DNA from: Trypanosoma brucei
Lineage: Eukaryota
DNA: 64,000 bases
Assembly: GCA_000002445.1 (NCBI GenBank)
Contig: CH464491.1
Location: forward strand, 4,032,001 to 4,096,000
Direction: 5' to 3'
Numbering within the stretch: position 1 is the first letter of the stretch; every line of letters starts with the position of its first letter. The notes below the pieces were generated by a model, which was not told where the DNA came from, ran no database searches, and worked only from the letters and a program-made list of their open reading frames with translations. This document shows, piece by piece, positions 39,179-49,047 of this stretch. The position numbers were made by a program, and so were the translations under genes.

Positions 39179-40798
39179 CTAAGCGATCGTTGACTTCCCT
39201 AGCAACAAATCAACCTCTCGCTCCAACTCGGATGCCTGAGCTGCGCACACTTCCATCGCACTCAACTGACAGTCGATGAGGCCGACAAACTTGGCCAGAT
39301 CATCCGACTGGCGAAGGTGCCGTACAGAACCATTGTGTTGCCTGACACATTGCTGCAGTCGAAGTTTTAAAGTTTCTACTTCATCAAAAAGGTTAATTAC
39401 AGCCGTGTAAGTTTCCTCACGTGCCTCGTCCACACTGTTGAATGTTGGTCGTACCTGCGCGAAGATAGGCTGAACGGCATCTTCAAAGCGCTGCAACATT
39501 GTTCCGATTGCAGCCTGTTTGTTCTTGAGCTCTATGAGTGTTTGTCGTGTGACGTCGGCATTGGCAATAGCCTCTTCAAGGTGGGACGAGTGTGAAAGAA
39601 TCTCATTCCCACGCTCGATTATCTGCCGGTCACGGAGCATCATGAGCTGTGACAATTCCGAAAAGTCACGGTAATCTTTAGAGAAAGCTTTATCAAACTG
39701 CGCCAGTATGGTTGAAAGCATCTTCCCCCTGAGCTCTAACGAAGCTTGCTTACCTGAAATTGCAGTGGGGTCGCCCGCTCCTACTGTTCCAGTAGCTCCA
39801 GCGCTTTGATTTCCTCCAGTGACACCAGCGCCTAGGGAGGGACCCAACCCTGCTCCTCCCGCGCCGGCCGTTGCTGGCGGGGCGTTGCCACCCGTTTCAG
39901 ATGGTTTTGTGATGGAGCTAAAGGGACCGCCTCCAGTGGTGGCCGCACCAGCAGTAGCATTAGTTGAGGCAGGGTTAGTTGGTGCGGTAGCGCCGGCCCC
40001 AAACCCAGCGAAAGGCGTAGGCGCTGCACTCGGGTTGCTTCCAGAAGCTGGTGGTGTAGCACCGAAACCGCCAAATGCAGCTGGTGCACCGGCTTTGACT
40101 GTGTCACCTGAGGGGGGGTTTGTAACCATGGTCGTTGCCGCTGGAACCGCAGTAGCGGTGCCCGCTGTTGGATTTGTTCCGGTGTTTCCAGGATTGGATG
40201 CACTCCCGTCAAAGGTGGTGTTTGCCGGGGTCGCCCCACTTGCCGGTGTTTGTCCAACCGCACTGGTTGCGGCGCCAAACCCACCTGTGCTAGGTGCAGT
40301 TGCGGTAGTCCCTGTAGTTGAAGTTTGGCCGAATCCGGCACCAAAAGGATTAAGGGTTGTCTTTGCACCACTGCCGAAGCCACTGAACCCTGAGGTGGGA
40401 GCAGCGGACGTGCTAGGCGCCGCTGCAGCGCCGACCCCTGTTGGCACAACAGAGTTGCCACCTTCGCCCTTACCCGGAGTCGCTCCAAAACCGAGGACGG
40501 TTTGCCCAAGTACAGGTGCCGGCTGTGTGGCACTGCTTGTTGATTGCGCTCCGACGGCAAATCCTCCTGTGGAGGGACCACTCCCGAAACCGCCCATCCC
40601 TGCTGCCGGAGCTGAGCCTCCGGACTGGTTCGCGGTTTGGCCGAAAGGGTTTGTTACTCCTGCTACGGACTCGGTGTTACTCTGTCCAAAGGATCCGAAA
40701 CCTAGCACGGGGGCAGCAGCAGTAGCGTTTGTGTCAACTGCCGGCTGTCCAAATCCCCCACCAGATGGCGCTCTTCCTCGCACAGCAAAGCCCTTCAT
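39179..40798 (-). CDS. FG-repeat nucleoporin with a C-terminal coiled-coil (Nup62/Nsp1-type), possibly Nup53a-like.
   Basis: About 400 aa of Gly/Ala/Thr/Pro-rich sequence with many GFG/FGQ/FGA/FGS motifs, then a structured helical C-terminal domain. Very GC-rich, so the antisense strand is also open. Confidence 0.75.
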   Translation of the reverse strand: MKGFAVRGRAPSGGGFGQPAVDTNATAAAPVLGFGSFGQSNTESVAGVTNPFGQTANQSGGSAPAAGMGGFGSGPSTGGFAVGAQSTSSATQPAPVLGQTVLGFGATPGKGEGGNSVVPTGVGAAAAPSTSAAPTSGFSGFGSGAKTTLNPFGAGFGQTSTTGTTATAPSTGGFGAATSAVGQTPASGATPANTTFDGSASNPGNTGTNPTAGTATAVPAATTMVTNPPSGDTVKAGAPAAFGGFGATPPASGSNPSAAPTPFAGFGAGATAPTNPASTNATAGAATTGGGPFSSITKPSETGGNAPPATAGAGGAGLGPSLGAGVTGGNQSAGATGTVGAGDPTAISGKQASLELRGKMLSTILAQFDKAFSKDYRDFSELSQLMMLRDRQIIERGNEILSHSSHLEEAIANADVTRQTLIELKNKQAAIGTMLQRFEDAVQPIFAQVRPTFNSVDEAREETYTAVINLFDEVETLKLRLQQCVRQHNGSVRHLRQSDDLAKFVGLIDCQLSAMEVCAAQASELEREVDLLLGKSTIA

Positions 40799-41134
40799 TC
40801 CGTTCTTTTCTTATTAATTGCCTTTCCCTCTTCAACTTTACTTCCTGGCACCCCTCTTTATAGTGTGGTATTCGTTCTGTAAATGCGGGCCCTAACGAAC
40901 CTAATCTAACCTTTAGGAGAATCGGACCAAATATCTCGTTAGAGAAAACCGTGTCAATGAGAGACGTGGGACAACAACGAAAATCGGAAAAAATATTTCG
41001 GGTTTAATGGTACGTGAATGTTCTTTTCCTATGGTCCAAAATGTACAATTTTTACTCTTGCTTCCACAGAATGTTAGAAAATAGCCAGGAACCCTTGTGC
41101 GAGAATGTCAGTGGCGGCCGTTCCACGAAACCAC

Positions 41135-43036
41135 TCACCTTCGCACCCCATAGTGGATCATGTAAGCAAATATAGCTTGTGCCCGCTCGGCCATCCCGTG
41201 TGAAAAGCACTTCTTCACCGCAGATTGAAAGGCAACCTCTGATATTGGGACGTGCAAATCACACATACGTGAAAAAAGTCGCACAGACACCTCCCAAGAT
41301 GCGCCAGGTGGTGGGGCCCGTTCCAACGCATACTGAACTGCGTCGTGCACTTTAGCCGATGGCAAGTAAAAATATCTGCGAACCGGATCATCCAAAAGTT
41401 TATCCAAGAACCAAAGGGCCTGTCTCCACTCTCCCTCTCTGGAAGATTGTAACAGTAAGTGTTCGTATGACTCGTTCTCCACCTTAATCCCCTTGGCTTT
41501 CATTACACGAGTCCACGAAAGTGACTCTCCGGCGGTGTTGGTGCTTCTTAGCATGACATTGAAGGCTCTTCCTGTGGCGTCCGCACCGAAGTGTTTGGAC
41601 AACTGCTTCTGACAAAGAAGCCTTGATGCCAAAGACCCCTTCTGACACTTATTCAACATACGAAACAGATCGAGGAAGATGTCAACAGCAATATGGTCTT
41701 GTGGAACGACAAGGTCCTCAGGCTTACTGTACACTAGGTACTGCTGCAATGTGCGCAAAGCCTCTACCCAACGATTACCACGGATGCATGCCTGCAACAA
41801 CTTTTGCGTTGCGTCGCGGTCGTCAGCAAGCAGCAGGTCACCTTGTTGAACCATTAGTGACGCGTAGTAAAGAGCCAGATACCACTGTTGTCGCAGTATC
41901 CGACACATATGGTAAACAGAAACCATATTCGGGGAAACAACCTTGTTGCGAGAGACGGAACCAAATCCATCTCCCTTATCTTTGCTTCCACCCTCAGGGT
42001 TTCTTCCACCCACCATGAAGCATTCAACTACCCGGCATGCCATCTGCCAGTTTTCTCTACACATGGTAAGAACCGCTAGAGCATCGTTAATTGGAGACGA
42101 TGTGGTTATATGCACGTCCGCTGTGTGCGCGAGGCCCAGCACACGGATTGCAAGACTCCACCACGACGGAGCTGAGGAGCCCAAGATTGAGTCCTCTGCC
42201 CTCCTTTTCTGCTTTCGCTCTTCTGTTGTACCCTGAGTAAGGCGCCCTTGTGAAGCACGGTAGATGCTGCGAAGGGCAGCTGCTACCTCTACCTCTGTCC
42301 ACGCAACAGGGGAAATTTCACCAAAGCACCGCAGCACCATCTCCCAGCGACCCGCGCTACTGAACAGCTCCATCGCAGCCCCCAACACTTTAGGGCTTAC
42401 CGTAACGTCAGACAACATCCGAATCGCCTCTTCCCACCGACCCTCTCGCGACAATTTCCTCGCGCAACTCACCGCAACACTGTCGCTAAGCATAAACTCA
42501 ACCTTCTCCGGCAGCCGTACGAAATCATCCACATTATTCTGATGGATATGCCGTACAATTGGCGCCATTTCCGGGTGGTAAATCAAGCGCGTTACCTCAG
42601 CACCCGCTTCGTCACTTTCTACAGAGAATAAAAGGGCTGTTTTAGCAAGTCGCCGCAAGGGCAGACAAGTGCAGTCGGTTGTGGTAATGGCAGACTTCTC
42701 TGCAACCACTTCGGTCGACACCTCCGATACCACGTTGTCCTCCTTTTCGCATCCTTGTGGAAAGAGTTTTTTTGGTTGATAACTCATGGGGAGTTTCTGG
42801 ATGTGGTCCTGCTTCTGTTGATGCATTTGATGCAGCTGGGCGTAGATATACCTGACAAGTGAAGGCATGTCATCACCACGTGCCAAACGAGACAGAAAGA
42901 AAGCGAACAACTTCGAGGCACATGACCGAGACTTCTCTCCACACACCGAGTGAGAGTCCGCAGAGGAGGAGGAGAGCGAAGGGAAGATGGAACTCGAGCA
43001 AGCACCATGGGACCCTTTACCGCCTTCGCTGCTCAT
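41135..43036 (-). CDS. Helical-repeat protein (PPR/TPR-like), 633 aa; candidate organellar RNA-binding protein.
   Basis: Repeated roughly 35-aa amphipathic helix-pair segments with Ala/Leu/Trp/Tyr periodicity (e.g. VYHMCRILRQQWYLALYYASLMVQQGD, AFNVMLRSTNTAGESLSWTRVMKAKGIKVENESYEHLL). No precise family call is possible by eye. Confidence 0.45.
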   Translation of the reverse strand: MSSEGGKGSHGACSSSIFPSLSSSSADSHSVCGEKSRSCASKLFAFFLSRLARGDDMPSLVRYIYAQLHQMHQQKQDHIQKLPMSYQPKKLFPQGCEKEDNVVSEVSTEVVAEKSAITTTDCTCLPLRRLAKTALLFSVESDEAGAEVTRLIYHPEMAPIVRHIHQNNVDDFVRLPEKVEFMLSDSVAVSCARKLSREGRWEEAIRMLSDVTVSPKVLGAAMELFSSAGRWEMVLRCFGEISPVAWTEVEVAAALRSIYRASQGRLTQGTTEERKQKRRAEDSILGSSAPSWWSLAIRVLGLAHTADVHITTSSPINDALAVLTMCRENWQMACRVVECFMVGGRNPEGGSKDKGDGFGSVSRNKVVSPNMVSVYHMCRILRQQWYLALYYASLMVQQGDLLLADDRDATQKLLQACIRGNRWVEALRTLQQYLVYSKPEDLVVPQDHIAVDIFLDLFRMLNKCQKGSLASRLLCQKQLSKHFGADATGRAFNVMLRSTNTAGESLSWTRVMKAKGIKVENESYEHLLLQSSREGEWRQALWFLDKLLDDPVRRYFYLPSAKVHDAVQYALERAPPPGASWEVSVRLFSRMCDLHVPISEVAFQSAVKKCFSHGMAERAQAIFAYMIHYGVRR

Positions 43037-43397
43037 GCGTGACGGGCCCGTCAGGGGCTAGTCCCACTCCGTCTTTTCCTTCCTACAGTGTTCTGGTTTC
43101 TGTGACAAAGAAGAGAAATCTTCTTGGTAACAATGTAGATGAAAGTTAGAATGGAGAGAGAGGGAAATTTTCGCCATTGTGCTTCCGTTCCCTCCATGTT
43201 CGATTGCAACCATCACACAACCGTTATAGTTTCCTGACAATCAATTACCGTGCACAGCACAAGGAGCATCAACCAAACTACAACAGGGAGAAAGTAAACG
43301 CACAACCCTGATGTCAATAAGGCAACCATACGGGTAACAACAGACGCCGATCAGCCAAAACCCTACCAGTATCGGACAGCACACAATATTCATTCAC

Positions 43398-44642
43398 TTA
43401 AGCATTAGACCTCCGTGATAGGTACACGTTACCCGCGTTGTCCATTGTGTAGCCTAAGGAAACAACGTTATCCCGCACTGAAGCCTGAGATACGCGGAAC
43501 CACTCAACAGCCTCTTGTCTGGTTTGAGGTGAGAGATGTTTTGCCTTCATTTCAGTGTACAGGGAGTGCAACTTCAATACTGACCTCGCCACCTCGCTAA
43601 ATGGTACAGCAGACCTTCCATCGTTTGTCCACTGCTTCAGGAAAGTGTCAGTAAGACTCTTTAAATCTTCCCTATTCACTCCTGAAAGATCAGGTCCACC
43701 CACTGATTTACTCTTTTCGTCGGTTTCACTGAGCGCTGAGGTGGAAAGAACTGACACAGGGGGTTCACTCGTTGCAACTCCTTTGTTGTTGCTCTCCTGG
43801 GTTTTGGACGCAGACATCTTAGTCTTGCCTCCAGTGCTATTCTTCATTTCCACTTCACTTTCGTTGTCGTTTCTGTTAACAGCGCCGTTACTTTCGAATT
43901 TGCTCCTCTTACCAAAGGAACCTTCACTACCTTTGTCCCACAAATTTTTCGTATCCTGGCGTTTTCTGGGCTTTTCATCGTTCGAAGAATATCCTCCTCC
44001 ATCTTCACCTTCATCTTGATAATCATCATCAATATAGCTCCGCTTGAACTGAACTTTGCGCGTATCTACACCCGAGTACCACGAGCTTGAGATGCCTTCT
44101 CCGTCCTTTACTGTGCCCGCGCGCTCGCAACGGAGTGCGTGAATTGGTGTGTTGAGAGGCTTCAAGTCAGCAACACCAACATCACCATCCACGATTGCGG
44201 GGAGTGTTAGCAGAAAACAGCTCTTCTTTTCATACCCCGGGAGCGGTAACGAACTAAAACGCAGCTCCTCTTCCTCCTCCTCATCATCATCACCGGATAA
44301 GTGCGGTAAGCGAAGTGCACCACGATATACGGAACGGGTTGCACGACCCCATGCACTTCTCGGTGCTTCTAGAATATGAAGTGTCTTAAGGGAATGCACA
44401 TCCGAACCGGGCAAAGAAGTCACTGAAAAGAGGCGAAGCCCCGAATCCTTTTTTTTCGACTCCTCCTCCTCCTCCTCATCCCCCGAGTGCTCGCCGCTGT
44501 CAATAATGTACCTCACAACATGATGCTGTTCTGTCAAAGCGTCAGCTGCTCGTTGACGCTTTTCCGCTGCCAGGCGCGCATCCTCCTCGATTCGGTGCCT
44601 CGGTAACACAACAGGCACCACATCCAAGGTCTTCCGTATCAT
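43398..44642 (-). CDS. Hypothetical acidic protein, 414 aa.
   Basis: Co-oriented ORF with poly-Glu tracts (EEEEEESKKKD, DDDEEEEEEL; (TCC)n on the plus strand at 44455..44475). Confidence 0.5.
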   Translation of the reverse strand: MIRKTLDVVPVVLPRHRIEEDARLAAEKRQRAADALTEQHHVVRYIIDSGEHSGDEEEEEESKKKDSGLRLFSVTSLPGSDVHSLKTLHILEAPRSAWGRATRSVYRGALRLPHLSGDDDEEEEEELRFSSLPLPGYEKKSCFLLTLPAIVDGDVGVADLKPLNTPIHALRCERAGTVKDGEGISSSWYSGVDTRKVQFKRSYIDDDYQDEGEDGGGYSSNDEKPRKRQDTKNLWDKGSEGSFGKRSKFESNGAVNRNDNESEVEMKNSTGGKTKMSASKTQESNNKGVATSEPPVSVLSTSALSETDEKSKSVGGPDLSGVNREDLKSLTDTFLKQWTNDGRSAVPFSEVARSVLKLHSLYTEMKAKHLSPQTRQEAVEWFRVSQASVRDNVVSLGYTMDNAGNVYLSRRSNA

Positions 44643-44952
44643 CTACCTTATATCGGTGAGTAGAAGGGAAAGAGTGAACCATGCTGAAAGTAGAAAATAA
44701 AGGAATAATCCACCAGAGGAACATTAGGGACCGTCAATAACACAGTAAAAAGGAGAGAAAAAAAGAAGACAGCAGTTCGAAGAACAAATAAAAATCACTC
44801 GCGCGTACACTATGAAGCGACTGTCACTGTTTTGAAGGATAAAGTGATTGGTATACACTTTTCCTACCGCTTTTGTGGAAAAACTAATAGACGTGGGTGG
44901 GTCCATACAGATAACTCACTTTCCGCCCCCCCCCCCCAATATGTAAACGATA

Positions 44953-45816
44953 CTAAGGCCTCTGCCCAGCTGACTGTGCGGAGTCACAGATCTCCTGAAG
45001 TTTCGCAAGAAGCTCACTCCACACAGGGCCCTTCGTTGGTGAACATAACAAAAAATTGCACCCTGCACGCGCAGCTGCAACTCTATCCTCATCTTCATCG
45101 CCAATATGAATCCAGTGGAGCATCGATGTTACACCACACTTCTTGCAGGAGGCTATAATTCCCTGGGGTGATGGCTTGGCAGCACCAACGGCGTCAGCGA
45201 AGAATAGCTCTCCAAGTAAGTCGGTTTCCCCTTGGTCCTTCAGCATTTCACCAATTACTGCGACCAGCCGTGAGTCAGTATTTGAAACAAGTGTTGGAGG
45301 GTCACAGCAAACTCCAGGGGGAACATCGTTTTCCCGCCATTGTTTGAGGGCTCGGAGTGTTGGAAGGGCTTCAGGAAGCCAGCAGTAGGGTTCCGGTGTG
45401 GAAAACCGACGCAATGTATTTTCGATAAACTCGCGCCAGTCCTCCCCCTGCCGTACCTCCTCAACTGCAGACATCATTGCCTCGTCTTGATGACAAAAAT
45501 TTCCCTCCCGGTCAAATGTTCCATCCACAACACGGTACCAAAAACTTAATACTTCTTCAGGTGCTACGCCACCCAAGGGCATTTCTTCTCCATCGCCCAA
45601 ACCGTTTTCCATCCAGACTTTGCGAGACTTCGATATTTCTGACTTCATGCTGCGTTTGAAGCTTGCCTCAAGGTCTCTTTCATCCATAGCTGGAAATTGC
45701 AATCCCTTGCGCGCAAGAAATCGAAGAAGGTCACAGCCATACTGGTAGCCGGCCGACCGCCGAACGGCCAATAAAGTGCCAACAAGATCGAACGAAACGC
45801 CCACACGGTCACCCAT
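44953..45816 (-). CDS. HAD-superfamily hydrolase (haloacid-dehalogenase/HDHD3-like subfamily).
   Basis: Motif I FDLVGTLL (the DxYGTL-type of L-2-haloacid dehalogenases) and motif IV HIGDEDEDRVAAARAGC near the C-terminus. 287 aa. Confidence 0.6.
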   Translation of the reverse strand: MGDRVGVSFDLVGTLLAVRRSAGYQYGCDLLRFLARKGLQFPAMDERDLEASFKRSMKSEISKSRKVWMENGLGDGEEMPLGGVAPEEVLSFWYRVVDGTFDREGNFCHQDEAMMSAVEEVRQGEDWREFIENTLRRFSTPEPYCWLPEALPTLRALKQWRENDVPPGVCCDPPTLVSNTDSRLVAVIGEMLKDQGETDLLGELFFADAVGAAKPSPQGIIASCKKCGVTSMLHWIHIGDEDEDRVAAARAGCNFLLCSPTKGPVWSELLAKLQEICDSAQSAGQRP

Positions 45817-46114
45817 ATTTCCGCGGTGTAATAAACGGTGCGTTTGCGTAAATTTTTGCTGTTGTTCTAAAATGCCCCCTGTTTAAAAGAAAATCCATGT
45901 AAACGAGCAGTGGTATCGAAACACTGAGAGTTAACAGTATTTCACGGTAGTACGTTGCCAACCACAAAAAGATGTTCCACGCCCACCAAAAAATTACTCT
46001 CACAAAGCACCAGAGAGTTACACCACCACTTCCATCACCTGCCACTTTCTGGCACACAGTAGTAAAGTGCAAACGACTCACCTGATATATCATTAAAACA
46101 AAGAAAACATTTAG

Positions 46115-47815
46115 TCACTGTCCCTCACTTAGACTCCCACAGATGCGCTCTTTTAGACAAGGAAACCCTTCTCTAACGTGATCAGTAAGGACGGTCTCAT
46201 CAGTGTCCTCTTCCTCGTCATTGCCTTCTTGGGAACTAGTGTCTTCATCCCCTTCACCGTTAGTTTCCTCATCCTCATCGATTACAACTTCCTCGTCAGT
46301 ACCCTCTTGGGAGCTGGTATTCTCATCTCCTTCACTCTCAGTCTCCTCTTCCTCATCAGTGTCCTCTTCCTCACTTTCTGATTCTTCCTCTTCATCATCC
46401 TCAATGACAGTCTTACGGGCCGCCCTGTCCCTCATCTGACTGTTCCGTTCCCCCTTCGCTGCAATTTGGCGCATTCGGGAAAAAAGGACAGAATCAGGTG
46501 GAAAGTGGTGGACTTCGTCAACCACAGCGAGCGGGAGGCTATGCATCAAAAAGGAAGGTCCGTACATGGTAAAATATTCACAGTCCTCGGGAACTTCAAC
46601 ACCCTTGTCTGTCGACAGGTCGGGAGACCACGAGAAGTAGCTGGTTTCACCGTTACGTAGAGCGGTTGCACAGCTAAATACGTCGCGTGTCAGTACCCCG
46701 GCCAGACGGGCCGCGACCACATCCACGTTGCAACTACCACCTAGCATGAGCACTTTCGCAGAATGACTTGCAGACTCGGTAAGAAGCGTACGAAGAATCC
46801 GTTGGTATCCTCCTATGGTTAAATTCAAAAGGCCATAGGGATCTCCAGATAAGGAATTCGACCCACAAACAACGACTACTGCTCCCAACTCGACCCCGGC
46901 CCTCCTGAACGCAGAATAGATGCCACGCTGGGCCATCGGCACAACAAGAGCGTCAGTTGCCCCCACAGGCAGTGGAATGTTCATGGTGTAGCCGCGTCCC
47001 AAACCACTCCCTATTTCTTCCAACGAACCGGTTCCAGGGAAGATTCCTATACCGTACGCATGAAGAGATAGGGTAACTACTCGAGGATCCGACAGAAAAG
47101 CCTCCTGCGCCCCATCACCATGATGAGCGTCAAGATCAACCGCAAGAACCACATTTCTATTCGCTGGTAGAAGTTTGCGTAACTCTAATACGGCGAGAAC
47201 AACGTCATTGACCAAGCACGAACCCCCAGCTGAAGCGCGCTTTGCATTATGTTTCCCACCCATCCAATGAATAGCGGCGAATCGGGATGGCTGTGCGAGC
47301 AAGCGAGTGGCCGCAAGTGTACCTGACACAACGGCCTGAGTGAATCGCCACATACCAGAGAAAGGCGCGCTGTCACCCACGAGGTTAAACCTTTTGTCCC
47401 CATTTTGTGGGAAAAGCACGAACGGTGGCAGGGGGGCTGAGCAACGTCTAGAAGCGAATCTTTTTGATGGCGTGCCCCTTATATTGCTGCATCCTGAAAA
47501 TGAGAGAACGTGCTCATCATCCCCCGAAGCCACCTCGCGTAAACTCAAATAGCGCACGTATGACTCGTCGTGGAACACAGTCATATCTTCCACATCAACA
47601 CTTGGTAGATTGCGATCGACCCATTCAAAAATGTCATTACAAAAGGCAGCTTCACCGCCTACTTCCTTCCGGGGGAAAGGGGTGCAGCCGTAATGACGCA
47701 CCATATCAATGATGAGTTTGTTGTGCTGAAGCGCGGGAAGACTAGCGGGTGCATCGACATCGGTACTAACGATGACTGCTACCGGCGGGATGGAAGCAGG
47801 AGGCTCCACAACCAT
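46115..47815 (-). CDS. Histone-deacetylase-family protein (class I-like fold) with non-canonical active-site residues and a duplicated acidic C-terminal tail; probable DAC2-type paralogue.
   Basis: HDAC signatures GGKHNAKRASAGGSCLVNDVV, DLDAHHGDG, CGSNSLSGDPYGLLNLT and GGSCNVDVVAAR. Tail (GDENTSSQEGTDEE / GDEDTSSQEGNDEE) is a tandem duplication. 566 aa. Confidence 0.8.
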   Translation of the reverse strand: MVVEPPASIPPVAVIVSTDVDAPASLPALQHNKLIIDMVRHYGCTPFPRKEVGGEAAFCNDIFEWVDRNLPSVDVEDMTVFHDESYVRYLSLREVASGDDEHVLSFSGCSNIRGTPSKRFASRRCSAPLPPFVLFPQNGDKRFNLVGDSAPFSGMWRFTQAVVSGTLAATRLLAQPSRFAAIHWMGGKHNAKRASAGGSCLVNDVVLAVLELRKLLPANRNVVLAVDLDAHHGDGAQEAFLSDPRVVTLSLHAYGIGIFPGTGSLEEIGSGLGRGYTMNIPLPVGATDALVVPMAQRGIYSAFRRAGVELGAVVVVCGSNSLSGDPYGLLNLTIGGYQRILRTLLTESASHSAKVLMLGGSCNVDVVAARLAGVLTRDVFSCATALRNGETSYFSWSPDLSTDKGVEVPEDCEYFTMYGPSFLMHSLPLAVVDEVHHFPPDSVLFSRMRQIAAKGERNSQMRDRAARKTVIEDDEEEESESEEEDTDEEEETESEGDENTSSQEGTDEEVVIDEDEETNGEGDEDTSSQEGNDEEEDTDETVLTDHVREGFPCLKERICGSLSEGQ

Positions 47816-48761
47816 AGCTGGGCATGCAATCAGTTGGTTATATATTTAAATGTACACTATGATTTAGAATAGCAGTCACAGACTTGAGAAAAATACTTCA
47901 AGCCTAACATCTTTTGTGCGATGTGTGGTTGAGAAAATTTTTTGTCTCCGGTTTCAGCATAACAAGCGAAATATGGATAGATGCAAAAAGCCAGCAGTCA
48001 CCTTTTCAACCGCAGACCAACGGAGTGGTGGGGTAAACAAACGTCGGAGGGAAGGTATGCATGTGAACGTGCCTTTCTAACCCATGGTATATTGCTTTAA
48101 TCACCTCCCACTTCACGCGGTCGCCGGGAGAAAATAAAATGCACTAATGAGGTGCAGTCCACCACCCCAGTTTCTCCCACGTATTTAATAGTTCATTGCA
48201 CGAATGCAGAGAAAAAGGTACACATGCTCCACCAGTAGCGCTCATGTCGGGATCACCCTCGCATAGATATTAACCAACTACATCCACGCATACCACTTTG
48301 TCTCTTTCTTTCCTTATTTCTTGACACCTGCGACGAACTCACGACAATAACGGCAAATTACAAGAAAAAAAAACATTTCCAACGTGAAGCACTACCCAAG
48401 ACCAACTGTGCAACAGATAAGAAACGAGCAAAGGTGGTGCGAATCTTTAGACAAACACGACACGTAACGCAACCTCATGGCAACAGTCCCGCCTGGTAGG
48501 CGAATATACGCGCTCCGCCCGCAACTGCTACAGCTTCACTTACGCTAAGAAACGAACTAATGACAGAGATGAGGAAAAAGAGAGGGAGGGTATAAATTTA
48601 TCTGAGATTGATTGTATGAGGGTAAAGTGCGCATGTGAACTCTGTGTGACACGTCACATTAACACCGCGGTTCACCATCTCCCGTCTTTCCGTTCGACAA
48701 AAAAAAAACGTATTAACAATGACGTGAAGGGTCAGCAGATGCATCTCATGGCGTGTGCGCT

Positions 48762-48788
48762 GAGAGAGAGAGAGGGGGGGGGGGGGGG
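48762..48788. repeat. (GA)6 followed by a G15 homopolymer.
   Basis: gagagagagagag then 15 G read directly. Intergenic. Would be C15 on the transcribed minus strand. Confidence 0.9.
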
Positions 48789-49047
48789 TGAAAAACGCAC
48801 AGTTTGCATTGGGCGCAATCCATGTAGCAGAGAACACGTATACACACATATGTATATGTATACATATGTGTATGTTTATTAAAAAAGAAAAAAAACGAAA
48901 AATTATATCACAAAAAGTGTAAAATACTTAACGTTGTAAACTTCACTCTTTAAAGAAAACAACAACAACTCCCACACCACTACGCTACAGACGCTTTTCA
49001 ATACAAGTCGAAAAATATTATTCGACCAACAGCACTTCCAGAGGTTT

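Noticed and set aside
39819-40817. 332-aa plus-strand Gly/Ala/Pro-rich ORF and the 249-aa minus-strand alternative frame at 39832..40581.
   Set aside because: These are alternative or antisense frames of the GC-rich FG-nucleoporin gene, open because of codon composition (GGN/GCN). The FG-repeat frame with a structured C-terminus is the real one.
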